Source: Spirochaetota bacterium (GTDB taxonomy: Bacteria; Spirochaetota; UBA4802; UBA5550). From it: 64,000 bases of DNA. The notes beneath the pieces were generated by a model. It saw only the letters and a program-made list of their open reading frames with translations, was not told the origin of the DNA and made no database searches. Location of the stretch: positions 2,432,001 through 2,496,000 of the forward strand of contig CAXXHB010000003.1 of the NCBI GenBank assembly GCA_963664815.2. Direction: 5' to 3'. Position 1 is the stretch's first letter; every line of letters begins with the position of its first letter. The translations under genes were made by a program, and so were the position numbers. This document shows positions 28,804 through 38,634 of this stretch, piece after piece.

Positions 28804-29610
28804 ATGGCAAAAAAGAAGCATGAAGCTGAAAAGGAAAACTCGGAACGGTGGCTGCTTACATACTCGGATATGATAACACTGTTAATGCTTTTCTTTATAG
28901 TTCTTTATTCAATGAGTAATGTCGATGCAGCAAAGTACAAAGAAGTCGCCAGCGCTCTGCAATCTGTTTTTTCCGGCGGAAACTTCGGGATGTTTCCTTC
29001 GTCGGGCAACATCCCGGAAAGGGGTTTTGATAACTTTGGCGGGAAACAGTCTATCGGCAGCAATTTCCCCTATTCAACACGCAGTCATGGCTACACCCGC
29101 GTTCTGAAGCAGATCAACGAGGTTTTTAAACCTGAGGTAGCCGCAAAGTATTTACGCACTACACTTGACGAAAGAGGACTGGTTATAACCCTTGCAAGTG
29201 ATGTGTTTTTCGACAGCGGAAGCGCAAAATTAAAAAGCGAGGCTCAGCCGGTTCTCGCCAAACTGTCCCGGATAATAAACGAAGTGCCAAATTTTGTGAG
29301 GGTTGAGGGTCATACGGATAACGGAACCCCATCCATCCCCACAAAAGAGGAGAGATTTGAAAGCAACTGGGATCTTTCAGCTGCCAGAAGTATTAATGTC
29401 ATTAAATACCTTGTGAAAGAAAACAATGTAGAACCAAAAAAGCTTTCAGCTGTTGCTTTCGGCGAAACCAGACCCATTGACGACAACAATACGCCAGAAG
29501 GACGCGCTTATAACAGAAGAGTTGATATAGTATTATTAAAAGAAAAAATACTTTCTCCGGGTGATGACAAAAATATTGAACGCCCTCTGCCGGATGAAGA
29601 ATGGAGATAA
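28804..29610 (+). CDS. motB: Flagellar stator protein MotB
   Basis: WLLTYSDMITLLMLFFIVLY with the ion-binding Asp; OmpA-like VEGHTDN, SNWDLSAAR, NRRVDI. Confidence 0.95.
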   Translation: MAKKKHEAEKENSERWLLTYSDMITLLMLFFIVLYSMSNVDAAKYKEVASALQSVFSGGNFGMFPSSGNIPERGFDNFGGKQSIGSNFPYSTRSHGYTRVLKQINEVFKPEVAAKYLRTTLDERGLVITLASDVFFDSGSAKLKSEAQPVLAKLSRIINEVPNFVRVEGHTDNGTPSIPTKEERFESNWDLSAARSINVIKYLVKENNVEPKKLSAVAFGETRPIDDNNTPEGRAYNRRVDIVLLKEKILSPGDDKNIERPLPDEEWR

Positions 29611-29692
29611 TTTTTTATTATTATGTAATATGATTGAATATTAGTATATTTTACTGTATATTGAATTATACTAAGGATTGCGTAATTAAATT

Positions 29693-30847
29693 ATGAATAT
29701 TTTATATGCAACATGGCTTGAGTTTATGTTCGGGGAAGGCACACAGTGGCCTGTGCCGACATCAAAAGATTATACCACCCTCGTAATTTTTATAGTTATT
29801 TCAATCGCTTTTTTTGTCTATCTTAAACTTTATTATTCCGCCAGACTTAAGAAAATTCATGAAGACCAGTTATTCCTCTTTAAAGCAAGGCAGAAGGGTC
29901 TCACAGACTACCAGTCAAAAATGGTACAGGGAATGGTTAAAATAACCGGCCTGAAAGAACCTGTTCTCCTGCTTACCGAGGAATACAGGTTTGAAAATTC
30001 TATTGGACGCTTTCTTACATATATCAGCAGCAGAAATGAAACACAGGAAACACTTCTGTCAATATGCCATGATATCATAATTACTTATGAAAAAATATTT
30101 CATTACTCCTCGTTTAAAAAGCCCCTGACAAATATATCTGAAGTTGAATTGAATATTCTCGTTTTCTTTTTCACCGATTCCGGCATACCATACATCGGCA
30201 AACTTAGAAAAGTAAATCCGGATATAATTGTTCTGAAACTATTCCGCAGCGGGACAAAAGCTCTTAAGCTTGAAGGAAAACCGGTTACAGTATATTTATG
30301 GCGTTCCGGTGATGCGGAATATACTTTTACCAGTTCCATAAAAAAAATTGAAAAAGACTCAGTTGAAATTATTACACCCCCGGTTATTACCAGGGGTAAA
30401 GAGGCAAGGCATCCTTATATTAATGTCTTTATACCATGCAATATAATCGATGAAAATCCTCCGGAAAAGAATGAATTTTTAAATACTCTTTCGACACCGA
30501 ATACTACAGCTGAAATTACCGATGAATATATAGACCGGATCTTAGCCGAAGAAAAAACAGGCATTGTGGAACAAAATGCAGTAAAAACCGAATTAATTGA
30601 AGCAGATATTATTAAAATAAATGAAGCCGAAGCTATAATAAGATCAGAAAGCCAGATAAGCTTTAATACTCAATATGTTCTGGAATTTACAATAGATGAT
30701 TTTCATTTCAGAATCAAAGCAACACCTGTTTCTGATAAAATTATTAAAAGAGAATCAATTTATAACTATACATTCAGGTATAACGAAATCTCCGACAATG
30801 CCCTTATGGTACTCAGTAATCATATTGCCGAAAAAGTACACAGGTAA
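29693..30847 (+). CDS. Membrane-anchored PilZN/PilZ (YcgR-like) protein, degenerate
   Basis: One N-terminal TM; beta-rich VYLWRSGDAEYTFTSSI segment, RHPYINVFIPC, C-terminal YTFRYNEIS...LSNHI pattern; follows motB. Confidence 0.55.
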   Translation: MNILYATWLEFMFGEGTQWPVPTSKDYTTLVIFIVISIAFFVYLKLYYSARLKKIHEDQLFLFKARQKGLTDYQSKMVQGMVKITGLKEPVLLLTEEYRFENSIGRFLTYISSRNETQETLLSICHDIIITYEKIFHYSSFKKPLTNISEVELNILVFFFTDSGIPYIGKLRKVNPDIIVLKLFRSGTKALKLEGKPVTVYLWRSGDAEYTFTSSIKKIEKDSVEIITPPVITRGKEARHPYINVFIPCNIIDENPPEKNEFLNTLSTPNTTAEITDEYIDRILAEEKTGIVEQNAVKTELIEADIIKINEAEAIIRSESQISFNTQYVLEFTIDDFHFRIKATPVSDKIIKRESIYNYTFRYNEISDNALMVLSNHIAEKVHR

Positions 30848-30873
30848 CTTAATTCATCCTTCGATGTGCTTTG

Positions 30874-32337
30874 CTATTTCCACTCCATAATCATTTTGAC
30901 AATCAGTCTCAGGCCGAAGCCGGTTGCATTCTTCGGCCTGTATCCACGTGCCTTGGAGTAGAAAGCAGTGCCGGCTATATCTATATGCGCCCATGGAGTC
31001 TTTTCCACGAAGTTCCGGAGAAATACCGCCCCTGCAATTGACCCCGCGTTCTTCTCCGACGACATGTTATTCAAATCCGCAACATCTGACTTCATCCTGT
31101 CGTCATAGTCATCAAAGAAAGGCAGCCTCCATATCTTTTCACCTGTTTTTGCCGATGCAGTTTCAAGCGCCGATGCAACAGAATCATCTGTAGAAAGATA
31201 CGCTGCTACAGTCTCTCCGAATGTAACAACGCATGCGCCTGTCAGAGTTGCCAGATCAACTATCACATCAGGTTTTATCTCTTTCTCCATGTATGCCAGC
31301 GCATCTGCAAGAATCAGCCTACCCTCCGCATCGGTGTTGCCAATCTCAACCGTTTTTCCGTTGTACCCTGTGAAGATATCTCCCGGCCTGAATGCATTGC
31401 TGCTCAGCATATTTTCAGTAAGAGGAATTACAGCTGTTACATTCTTTTTTACTTTAAGTTCAGCAAGGGATTTCATCGTATGCAATACCGTTGCCGCTCC
31501 GGCCATATCACATCTCATCGTCTCCATTGAAGCAGGTGGCTTCAGATCCATTCCGCCCGAGTCGAATGTAATTCCTTTCCCGATAATACCGATAGTTTTT
31601 TTATCATCATGATTTCCCTTATATTCCAGGACTACAACCCTCGGCGGGACAACGCTCCCCCTGTTTACAGCAAGCAGCAGACCCATTTTCTTTTTTTCTA
31701 TATCTTTCTTTTCCAGAACCGTGCATTTTAATCCAGAAGCTTCAGCAATAGACTCTGCAATTTCCGCAAATGTAACCGGATTAACTGCATCTGTGGTATC
31801 ATTTACCAGGTCACGGCACATCATTGTATTCCCGGCGATAATCTCAATATCCCTTATTACAGATGAATCTTCTTTAGAAGATGTATAAAAATCGATCCCT
31901 TCGATCGTCACTTCAGCATCTTTATCTGATTTATATTTATTAAAAGTATAATTTGACAACATGGCTCCTTCAGCGAATAATTCGAGCAGTTCACGATTAA
32001 CTTTTCCTGTTATTTCCGGAATTATAATTGAAACTTTTTTCATTTTCTTTGAAATACAGAACTTTACAGCGGCAGCGGCACAATTTCTTATACCGTCATT
32101 GCTCAGTTTCTTCAGATTACCAAGGCCACAAAGCAGAACACCAGGCTTGTTTTCCATTTTAATAAAATATAATTCTGAAAATTTACCTGTAAAATGACTT
32201 AAATCTGAACCTTTTATAAAATCAGATTCTTTAAGTTTCATCACTGAAAGGTCTTTAAGATGATCTTCATCAGAAAAAATTATTACAATATCATCTTTAC
32301 CGAGTTTACCCGTATCATTCTTCAAAGCTGCTTTCAT
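30874..32337 (-). CDS. pepA: Leucyl aminopeptidase (M17)
   Basis: GKGITFDSGG, MRCDMAGAA, NTDAEGRLILAD, ATLTGA, WAHIDIAG. Confidence 0.96.
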   Translation of the reverse strand: MKAALKNDTGKLGKDDIVIIFSDEDHLKDLSVMKLKESDFIKGSDLSHFTGKFSELYFIKMENKPGVLLCGLGNLKKLSNDGIRNCAAAAVKFCISKKMKKVSIIIPEITGKVNRELLELFAEGAMLSNYTFNKYKSDKDAEVTIEGIDFYTSSKEDSSVIRDIEIIAGNTMMCRDLVNDTTDAVNPVTFAEIAESIAEASGLKCTVLEKKDIEKKKMGLLLAVNRGSVVPPRVVVLEYKGNHDDKKTIGIIGKGITFDSGGMDLKPPASMETMRCDMAGAATVLHTMKSLAELKVKKNVTAVIPLTENMLSSNAFRPGDIFTGYNGKTVEIGNTDAEGRLILADALAYMEKEIKPDVIVDLATLTGACVVTFGETVAAYLSTDDSVASALETASAKTGEKIWRLPFFDDYDDRMKSDVADLNNMSSEKNAGSIAGAVFLRNFVEKTPWAHIDIAGTAFYSKARGYRPKNATGFGLRLIVKMIMEWK

Positions 32338-33032
32338 CCGTTCCCCCCTGAATATCTATGCATTTTTAACATTTTACACTGTGTCTCATTAACATTTATA
32401 GATTCATAACAGCCTTCTGCCTGGTCTGACCCTGGTAAAAACAAGCTACATCACAGCAGAACACTCACTTAATATATTTGTAAATTCAAAGTTTTACAGC
32501 CGACAAAATGAAATATAAAAAATCTTTATTTATTATAACTCTCAAACGACCTGAACTACCACGTTTTTATAGAGATGTCTGGCATGAGATAAGTTTTATC
32601 TTCATTACCTGTTTTATTATCGATTCAGAACTATAAAAAATATCAGATAATTTCAAATATAATTCATTTCAGTATAATATTATTTCGTCCAAAAGACGCT
32701 ATTAAAATGTATTCTTAGACTGACTAATAATAACACGTGTTATTCTAACTTTTAAAATGAAATTAGGATAAAAATCGCTATCCAACAAATATAAACAACG
32801 GGCCGGATATGGATACAATTTGAAAAATTTTGCCGGTTTTTTCCGATTCAATCATATTGATATTGACATTTTTTTTTAAGAATTTATATGTTGCATGTGT
32901 GTTAAGTTTCATATCATATACAAATTTTGTATTTATTCCTGTACAAAATGTATAAAAAAAAACAAATTTTTCTTATCACAACCCTTAAACAAACAAAAAT
33001 TGTTTATCAACAGACTTTCACAGGAGGTTTTT

Positions 33033-35435
33033 ATGACTAGAAGGATCGAAAAAGTAGCTGTAATCGGGTCTGGTATCATGGGGGGCGGTATTGCTGCTCT
33101 TTGCGCCAGTGCTGGCATCAAAACTTTATTGTTAGACATTGCTCCCTTTGATCTTAAAGATGAAGAGAAAAATGTTCGTGCAGCAAAAAACAGAATAGTT
33201 GACGCCGGTCTTCAAGCCCAGGTTAAAGCTAAACCAGCAGCATTCATGGACAAAAAACATGACATTCCCCTAATCGAATTAGGGAACCTTACAGACGATT
33301 TCGACCAACTCAAAGATTGCGATCTTATTTTTGAAGTTGTTGTTGAAAATCTTAAAATCAAACAGGATCTTTATGCAAGACTTGAGAAAATAAGAAAACC
33401 TGGTTCAATTATTGCTTCCAACACTTCAGGTCTTCCACTTGCAAAAATGGCAGAAGGAAGAAGCAAAGATTTTAACGAACATTTTCTTATTACTCACTTT
33501 TTCAACCCTGTACGTTACATGAAAATTCTTGAGTGTATAGCAGGCAAGGAAACAAAAAAAGAAGTTTGTGATTTCATATCTAAATGGGGCGAGCAGACTC
33601 TTGGTAAAGGTGTTGTTTGGGGAAATGATACTCCTAACTTTATCGGAAACAGAATCGGGATGATCGTAATCTGTGAAGCTACTCAACTTCTTGAAAAAGG
33701 TGAAATGACAATTCCTGAAGCTGACGCAATTTTCTCTAAACCAATGGGTATTCCCGGAACAGGTATATTCGGTCTTACAGACTTCGTTGGTGCAGACACA
33801 ACTGACCACATCGCTGACAACTCTTATGAGCTTCTTGTAAACGATGAATTCAGAGAAAAATACAAACTCCCTAAATTCTACAAAGATATGATGGCTAAAG
33901 GGATGTATGGAAACAAAGCTAAAGATAAAGGCGGTTTCTATCTTTCAGGTAAAGGCGCTGACGGCAAAAAATTCAAAAAAGTTCTCGATATTAAAACTCT
34001 TACACATGTTGATTACGATACAAAAGCAACATACCCTGTAGTAGAAGCAACAAAAGCATTGAAAACACCTGGTGAAAAGATTAAGTATATTTTCAACAAC
34101 AGTGATTTCTCAGCCAAGCTTCTTTCAGTTATGTTCGTATACTCAGCAAACAGAATCCCTGAAATATGTGAAACCCTTGTTGACATTGACAATGCTATGA
34201 AATGGGGATATGCATATGAATTCGGTCCATTCGAAATGTGGGATTTCATAGGAGTTAAAGAGTCTCTTGCAAGAATAGAAAAAGTTGGATACAAAGTACC
34301 TGCAGTTATCAAAACTATGGTTGATAAAGGCGCTGCAACTTTCTACAGAGTTGAAAAAGGCAAAAAACAGTTCTGGGATTTCGCATCTGCATCATACAAA
34401 GATGTACAGTACAGCCCATCAATGATATTCCTTGCCAATGTTAAAGCTGACAAAGCTAAAGTTGTTAAAGGAAACAGCAGCTGCTCACTCGTTGATATTG
34501 GAGACGGAGTATATAACTTCGAATTCCACACAAAGATGAATGCGCTTAACAATGAAATCAACGACTTCATCCCTGAAGTTATGGATTTCTGTAATAAAAA
34601 CGCTGTTGGTCTTGTAGTTGGAAACCAGGCTTCCGGTATGCCGGGCGCTTTCAGTGCAGGCGGAGACCTCAAATATATGGGTAGTCTTGCTGCAGCTAAA
34701 AAATACAGCGAAATCGAAGCTTTCATCCTTCAGACTCAGAGAAATATGTCTTCTCTTAAATACTGCGGATTCCCAACAGTTGCTGCTCCTTACGGAATGG
34801 CTCTCGGCGGTGGATGTGAAATCTGTATGTGGGCAGACAAAATTGTTGCACATTGCGAACTCTATATGGGTCTCGTAGAAGTAGGCGCTGGCCTTATTCC
34901 TGCAGGTGGCGGATGTACAAACCTCTGGAGAAGACATGTGGAAGCTCCTCTTTCACCACAAACTGATTTACTTGCAATGTTCCTGAAGGTATTCCAGGCT
35001 ATAGCAATGGCTCAGGTTGGCGGATCTGCAATGGATGCAAGAAAAGCTGGTTTCCTGAGACCGGTTGACAGAATCATCTTCAACAAAGACTATCTAATTG
35101 GCGAAGCCAAAAAAGAAGTTCTCAGAATGGTTGAAGACGGATATGTTGCTCCTGCAAGAAGCGCTATTAAAGTTATGGGCCAGGATGCAATGGGTCCTGT
35201 TGATTCCAACATTCCTGATATGCTTGCAGCATACCAGATTGCTCCTCACATGGCAGAGATTGCCAGAATCGTTGCCTACATCGTATCCGGTGGAGAAGCA
35301 AAACAGGGTTCAGAAATTTCTGAAGAAGCAATGCTCAAACTCGAAAGAGAAGCATTTGTTCAGCTCTGGAAAGATGAAAAATCTCAGAAGATGGCTGATC
35401 ATATGGCTACTAAAGGGAAACCTTTATTCCTATAA
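33033..35435 (+). CDS. fadN: FadN-type 3-hydroxyacyl-CoA dehydrogenase / enoyl-CoA hydratase
   Basis: Start at ATG 33033 (AGGAGG SD), not 32895. GSGIMGGGIA, EVVVENL, SNTSGL, HFFNPVRYM, PNFIGNRIG; C-terminal crotonase FSAGGDL, ALGGGCE, GLVEVGAGLIPAGGG. Confidence 0.93.
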   Translation: MTRRIEKVAVIGSGIMGGGIAALCASAGIKTLLLDIAPFDLKDEEKNVRAAKNRIVDAGLQAQVKAKPAAFMDKKHDIPLIELGNLTDDFDQLKDCDLIFEVVVENLKIKQDLYARLEKIRKPGSIIASNTSGLPLAKMAEGRSKDFNEHFLITHFFNPVRYMKILECIAGKETKKEVCDFISKWGEQTLGKGVVWGNDTPNFIGNRIGMIVICEATQLLEKGEMTIPEADAIFSKPMGIPGTGIFGLTDFVGADTTDHIADNSYELLVNDEFREKYKLPKFYKDMMAKGMYGNKAKDKGGFYLSGKGADGKKFKKVLDIKTLTHVDYDTKATYPVVEATKALKTPGEKIKYIFNNSDFSAKLLSVMFVYSANRIPEICETLVDIDNAMKWGYAYEFGPFEMWDFIGVKESLARIEKVGYKVPAVIKTMVDKGAATFYRVEKGKKQFWDFASASYKDVQYSPSMIFLANVKADKAKVVKGNSSCSLVDIGDGVYNFEFHTKMNALNNEINDFIPEVMDFCNKNAVGLVVGNQASGMPGAFSAGGDLKYMGSLAAAKKYSEIEAFILQTQRNMSSLKYCGFPTVAAPYGMALGGGCEICMWADKIVAHCELYMGLVEVGAGLIPAGGGCTNLWRRHVEAPLSPQTDLLAMFLKVFQAIAMAQVGGSAMDARKAGFLRPVDRIIFNKDYLIGEAKKEVLRMVEDGYVAPARSAIKVMGQDAMGPVDSNIPDMLAAYQIAPHMAEIARIVAYIVSGGEAKQGSEISEEAMLKLEREAFVQLWKDEKSQKMADHMATKGKPLFL

Positions 35436-35488
35436 GATTTAAAACAGGATTTAATATATCTGTGATTGGTGTTTATTAGACAATAATT

Positions 35489-35522
35489 CTATTTCCTGCC
35501 TTCTGATGATGGCAGGAAATAG
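35489..35522 (+). other. Intergenic stem-loop between fadN and thiolase
   Basis: CTATTTCCTGCC-N10-GGCAGGAAATAG perfect 12-bp stem; weak U-tract, so it may be a stabiliser or partial terminator. Confidence 0.6.
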
Positions 35523-35577
35523 TTGTTTATAGACTATTAATTACGATATAAATCAATATTACAGGAGGTTCACGAAA

Positions 35578-36816
35578 ATGAGAGAAGCATTTATCGTTGA
35601 AGCAGTAAGAACACCAGGTTGTAAAAGAGCAAAAGGTCTCCTTGCAAACACAAGACCTGAAGAACTCATCGTAACAGCTCTTAAAGGCTGTATGGAAAGA
35701 GCATCAAAAGTTCCAACATCTGCAATTGAGGACATTATGTGCGGTTGTGCATTCCCCGAAGCAGAACAGGGTATCAACGTTGGACGTATCGCAGCTCTCA
35801 TGGCCGGTTTCCCGGTTACAGCATGCGGCGCAACAGTAAACAGATTCTGTAACTCAGGTCTGGAAGCAGTTGTTATTTCTGCAATGAAAGTTCAGACAGG
35901 TATCGCTGACGTTACTATGGGAGCTGGTCTTGAGTCAATGAGTACAGTTCCTATGGGTGGAAATCTTCCAAGGCCTCACCCGGATTTTTCAAAAGTTGAC
36001 CCTACAGTTTATATGTCAATGGGTATAACAGCTGAAAACGTTGCAAGAAGATACAATGTAACACGTAAAGATCAGGATTATTTTGCTTATCATTCACACC
36101 TCAAAGCTGCAGAAGCTCAGAAAAAAGGCCTTTTTACAGAAATCGTTCCTGTAAATGCAACTAAATTTGTTGCTCAGCCTGACGGATCATATAAAAGAGA
36201 ATATTTCAAAGTAGATTATGATGATGGCGTACAGCAGACTCCGGATCTTGAGAAAATGGGTAAACTGAGAGGAGCTTTCTCAGCTGCTATTCCTAATGTT
36301 CCAAACTCAGGTTCAGTAACAGCTGCTAACTCTTCACAGACAACAGACGGTGCTGCAGCAAACCTTATCATGAGCAAAGAAGCTTGTGAAAAATATGGTG
36401 TTAAACCAAAAGTTAAATATCTTGGATATGTTGTTGCCGGATGTAAATCTGACGAAATGGGTATAGGACCTGCAGTTGCTATTCCTAAACTCTTCGCACA
36501 GACTGGAATCAACATGGATATCATGAAAAAAGACGGTATTTTCGAACTTAACGAAGCTTTCGCATCACAGGGAATTTACTGTGCACGTGAACTCGGAATG
36601 GGAGATCCTAAATACTTCGAATTCGGCAGCCCTGATTGCTTTATAAATGTAACTGGTGGAGCTATTGCTCTTGGACACCCTCTGGGATGTACAGGATCAA
36701 AAATATTCGCAACACTCGTTATGAATATGCAGAGACTTGGAAAGAGATACGGTATCGAGTCTATGTGTATAGGCGGCGGTATGGGTGGAGCTGCACTTTT
36801 CGAATTAGTAGGTTAA
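35578..36816 (+). CDS. fadA: Acetyl-CoA C-acyltransferase (3-ketoacyl-CoA thiolase)
   Basis: NRFCNSG catalytic Cys, [27 protein letters not shown]; AGGAGG SD. Confidence 0.95.
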   Translation: MREAFIVEAVRTPGCKRAKGLLANTRPEELIVTALKGCMERASKVPTSAIEDIMCGCAFPEAEQGINVGRIAALMAGFPVTACGATVNRFCNSGLEAVVISAMKVQTGIADVTMGAGLESMSTVPMGGNLPRPHPDFSKVDPTVYMSMGITAENVARRYNVTRKDQDYFAYHSHLKAAEAQKKGLFTEIVPVNATKFVAQPDGSYKREYFKVDYDDGVQQTPDLEKMGKLRGAFSAAIPNVPNSGSVTAANSSQTTDGAAANLIMSKEACEKYGVKPKVKYLGYVVAGCKSDEMGIGPAVAIPKLFAQTGINMDIMKKDGIFELNEAFASQGIYCARELGMGDPKYFEFGSPDCFINVTGGAIALGHPLGCTGSKIFATLVMNMQRLGKRYGIESMCIGGGMGGAALFELVG

Positions 36817-36841
36817 TTTTAAACTTTTTCGATATAGTTTT

Positions 36842-36871
36842 AAAAGCCGGTATTTTTTACCGGCTTTTTTT
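36842..36871 (+). terminator. Rho-independent terminator after thiolase
   Basis: AAAAGCCGGTA-loop-TACCGGCTTTT followed by T-run. Confidence 0.85.
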
Positions 36872-36882
36872 ATGTCTCTTAC

Positions 36883-36910
36883 TTAAGTTATCCCCTGAAA
36901 ATGCCGATAT
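36883..36910 (+). promoter_or_regulatory. Sigma28 (FliA)-like promoter
   Basis: TAAG (36884) -N15- GCCGATAT (36903), close to the TAAA-N15-GCCGATAA consensus. Confidence 0.6.
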
Positions 36911-36944
36911 ATTTTCATATTGATCAATGGGGGGGATGGAGACC

Positions 36945-37091
36945 ATGAACAATAGAAATTCAGTATCAAATAACTGGAAAGATGACCAGATTACTGTTTT
37001 TAAAAAATACATCAAGAATTTCAAACCTGGTACAATTGAGTATATGAAACTGGCACAGGGTATAAAAGATCTCGAAAATGCATGTATTTAA
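36945..37091 (+). CDS. Small 48-aa hypothetical protein (below ORF-track cutoff)
   Basis: MNNRNSVSNNWKDDQITVFKKYIKNFKPGTIEYMKLAQGIKDLENACI*; G-rich SD, in-frame ATGs also at 36927 and 36936, sigma28-like promoter upstream. Confidence 0.55.
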   Translation: MNNRNSVSNNWKDDQITVFKKYIKNFKPGTIEYMKLAQGIKDLENACI

Positions 37092-37464
37092 ATCATGCTT
37101 CGGTTTCACAAGCTGGATATTACTATACCTTTATTAAATGAAATTTCTGTAACCGGGATAATCTTTTTTCTATCAGGTATTAAATTTATAGAAACTGAGT
37201 TATCATGCCTGAAATTAAATGAAATGCAGGATTAAACATTACATATTTTTATAAGTTTAACGGCATATAATTAAATCTTTCCCGCGAAAAACATATAAGA
37301 TTCTGATGAAAATCAAATTCTGCATATTAATTTAATTAATCATATGAAACAAAAATATCTTTAATAACCCGAAAATATATATATAACAAAAAAAATACTT
37401 TGCATTTAAGGAAAGGCATGGAAATATTATATTAGTTAATTACTTCAACAAGCGGGGAATATTT

Positions 37465-37911
37465 ATGAGTGAAAGACCTTCATGGGACATGTATTTTATG
37501 AAAATTGCGGAAGATGTCTCCACAAGGTCAACCTGCCTCAGAAGACAGGTTGGAGCAGTAATTGTCAAAGATAAACGTATGCTTACCACGGGATACAACG
37601 GAGCACCAACAGGTATATCACATTGTACTAAACAAAATTGCCTCAGAACTATATATAATGTCCCCAGCGGTGAAAGACATGAATTATGCAGAGGTCTTCA
37701 TGCGGAGCAAAATGCAATAATTCAGGCTGCTTATTACGGAGTTTCAGTAAAGGGGGCTAAAATATATATTACAACTCAGCCATGTTCTATATGTACAAAA
37801 ATGCTGATTAATAGCGGTATAGACACATTCATTTACAGATCACCATACAATGACCCTCTGTCAGAGACTATGATTAAAGAAGCTGGAATAAACTGCAGGA
37901 TAATGGAATAG
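37465..37911 (+). CDS. dCMP deaminase (ComEB-like)
   Basis: [36 protein letters not shown] Zn-deaminase motifs. Confidence 0.93.
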   Translation: MSERPSWDMYFMKIAEDVSTRSTCLRRQVGAVIVKDKRMLTTGYNGAPTGISHCTKQNCLRTIYNVPSGERHELCRGLHAEQNAIIQAAYYGVSVKGAKIYITTQPCSICTKMLINSGIDTFIYRSPYNDPLSETMIKEAGINCRIME

Positions 37912-37915
37912 TAAC

Positions 37916-38620
37916 ATGAAAAAAACAGTATATTTTACTTTGTTTTTTCTCTTATTTCTTCAATCCGCTTCTCTTCCTCAGGAAAAAAAAGAGGAGAATA
38001 CATTTACACGTGCTACAAAGTATTTTTTCCAGAAAAAGTTTGAAATGGCCGAGGTTCTTTTTCAGGAAGTTTTAAAAAAAGAGCCTGAGAACGCCCTAGC
38101 CTACTCCTATCTTGGCGATATTTATCTAAAAAAACAGCAATACGATGGTGCTTTAAATCTTTATCTTAAAGCTATAGATATAAATCCTGATTTGGCTGAA
38201 AATTATTTCAGACTCGGGCAGATTTTTTACTATAAAAAAAATTCAAACCTTGCTCTTGAAAACTTTAACAAAGCGTATGTTAAAAATAATAAGCTTAAAA
38301 CCTGTTTATACCAGATAGGCCTCACACACCTGATGCTTCTGAGGGATAAAGAAAAAACAATTGAATACTGGGAAAATTATATTAAAGCCGTACCTGAAGA
38401 TCCGCAGTATGACAGTATAAAAAGGGTAATTGAACTGCTTCGCGATCCAAACTTTAAACTTCCCTCATTGGACAGTAAAATTTCAATTGAAGAAGCTCTT
38501 CTTCTTGGAGGCTCCACTCTTGATACACAGGATAGAGCTGGTGAGAATAAAAAAGCTGATCACGAATCAAAAAAGTCAAAAGATACAATTGAAGATATAT
38601 ATAATGATGATCTTGAATAA
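37916..38620 (+). CDS. Exported TPR protein
   Basis: Signal peptide then about 4 TPRs (AYSYLGDIY...A...Y..AI.INP). Confidence 0.85.
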   Translation: MKKTVYFTLFFLLFLQSASLPQEKKEENTFTRATKYFFQKKFEMAEVLFQEVLKKEPENALAYSYLGDIYLKKQQYDGALNLYLKAIDINPDLAENYFRLGQIFYYKKNSNLALENFNKAYVKNNKLKTCLYQIGLTHLMLLRDKEKTIEYWENYIKAVPEDPQYDSIKRVIELLRDPNFKLPSLDSKISIEEALLLGGSTLDTQDRAGENKKADHESKKSKDTIEDIYNDDLE

Positions 38621-38634
38621 ATCGGGGGGCTCAA

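Noticed and set aside
32410-32468. Minus-strand TTTACCAGGGTCAGACCAGGCAGA reminiscent of SRP 4.5S RNA
   Set aside because: It lacks the conserved GGAA tetraloop and AGCAG internal loop and has no long closing stem.
32895-33032. 46-codon N-terminal extension of FadN in the ORF track
   Set aside because: AT-rich promoter-like DNA; the AGGAGG SD and family N-terminus point to ATG 33033.
37465-37911. Deaminase as an anti-phage dCTP deaminase
   Set aside because: It is a plain 148-aa housekeeping dCMP deaminase without the fused kinase-like domain of the defence enzymes.
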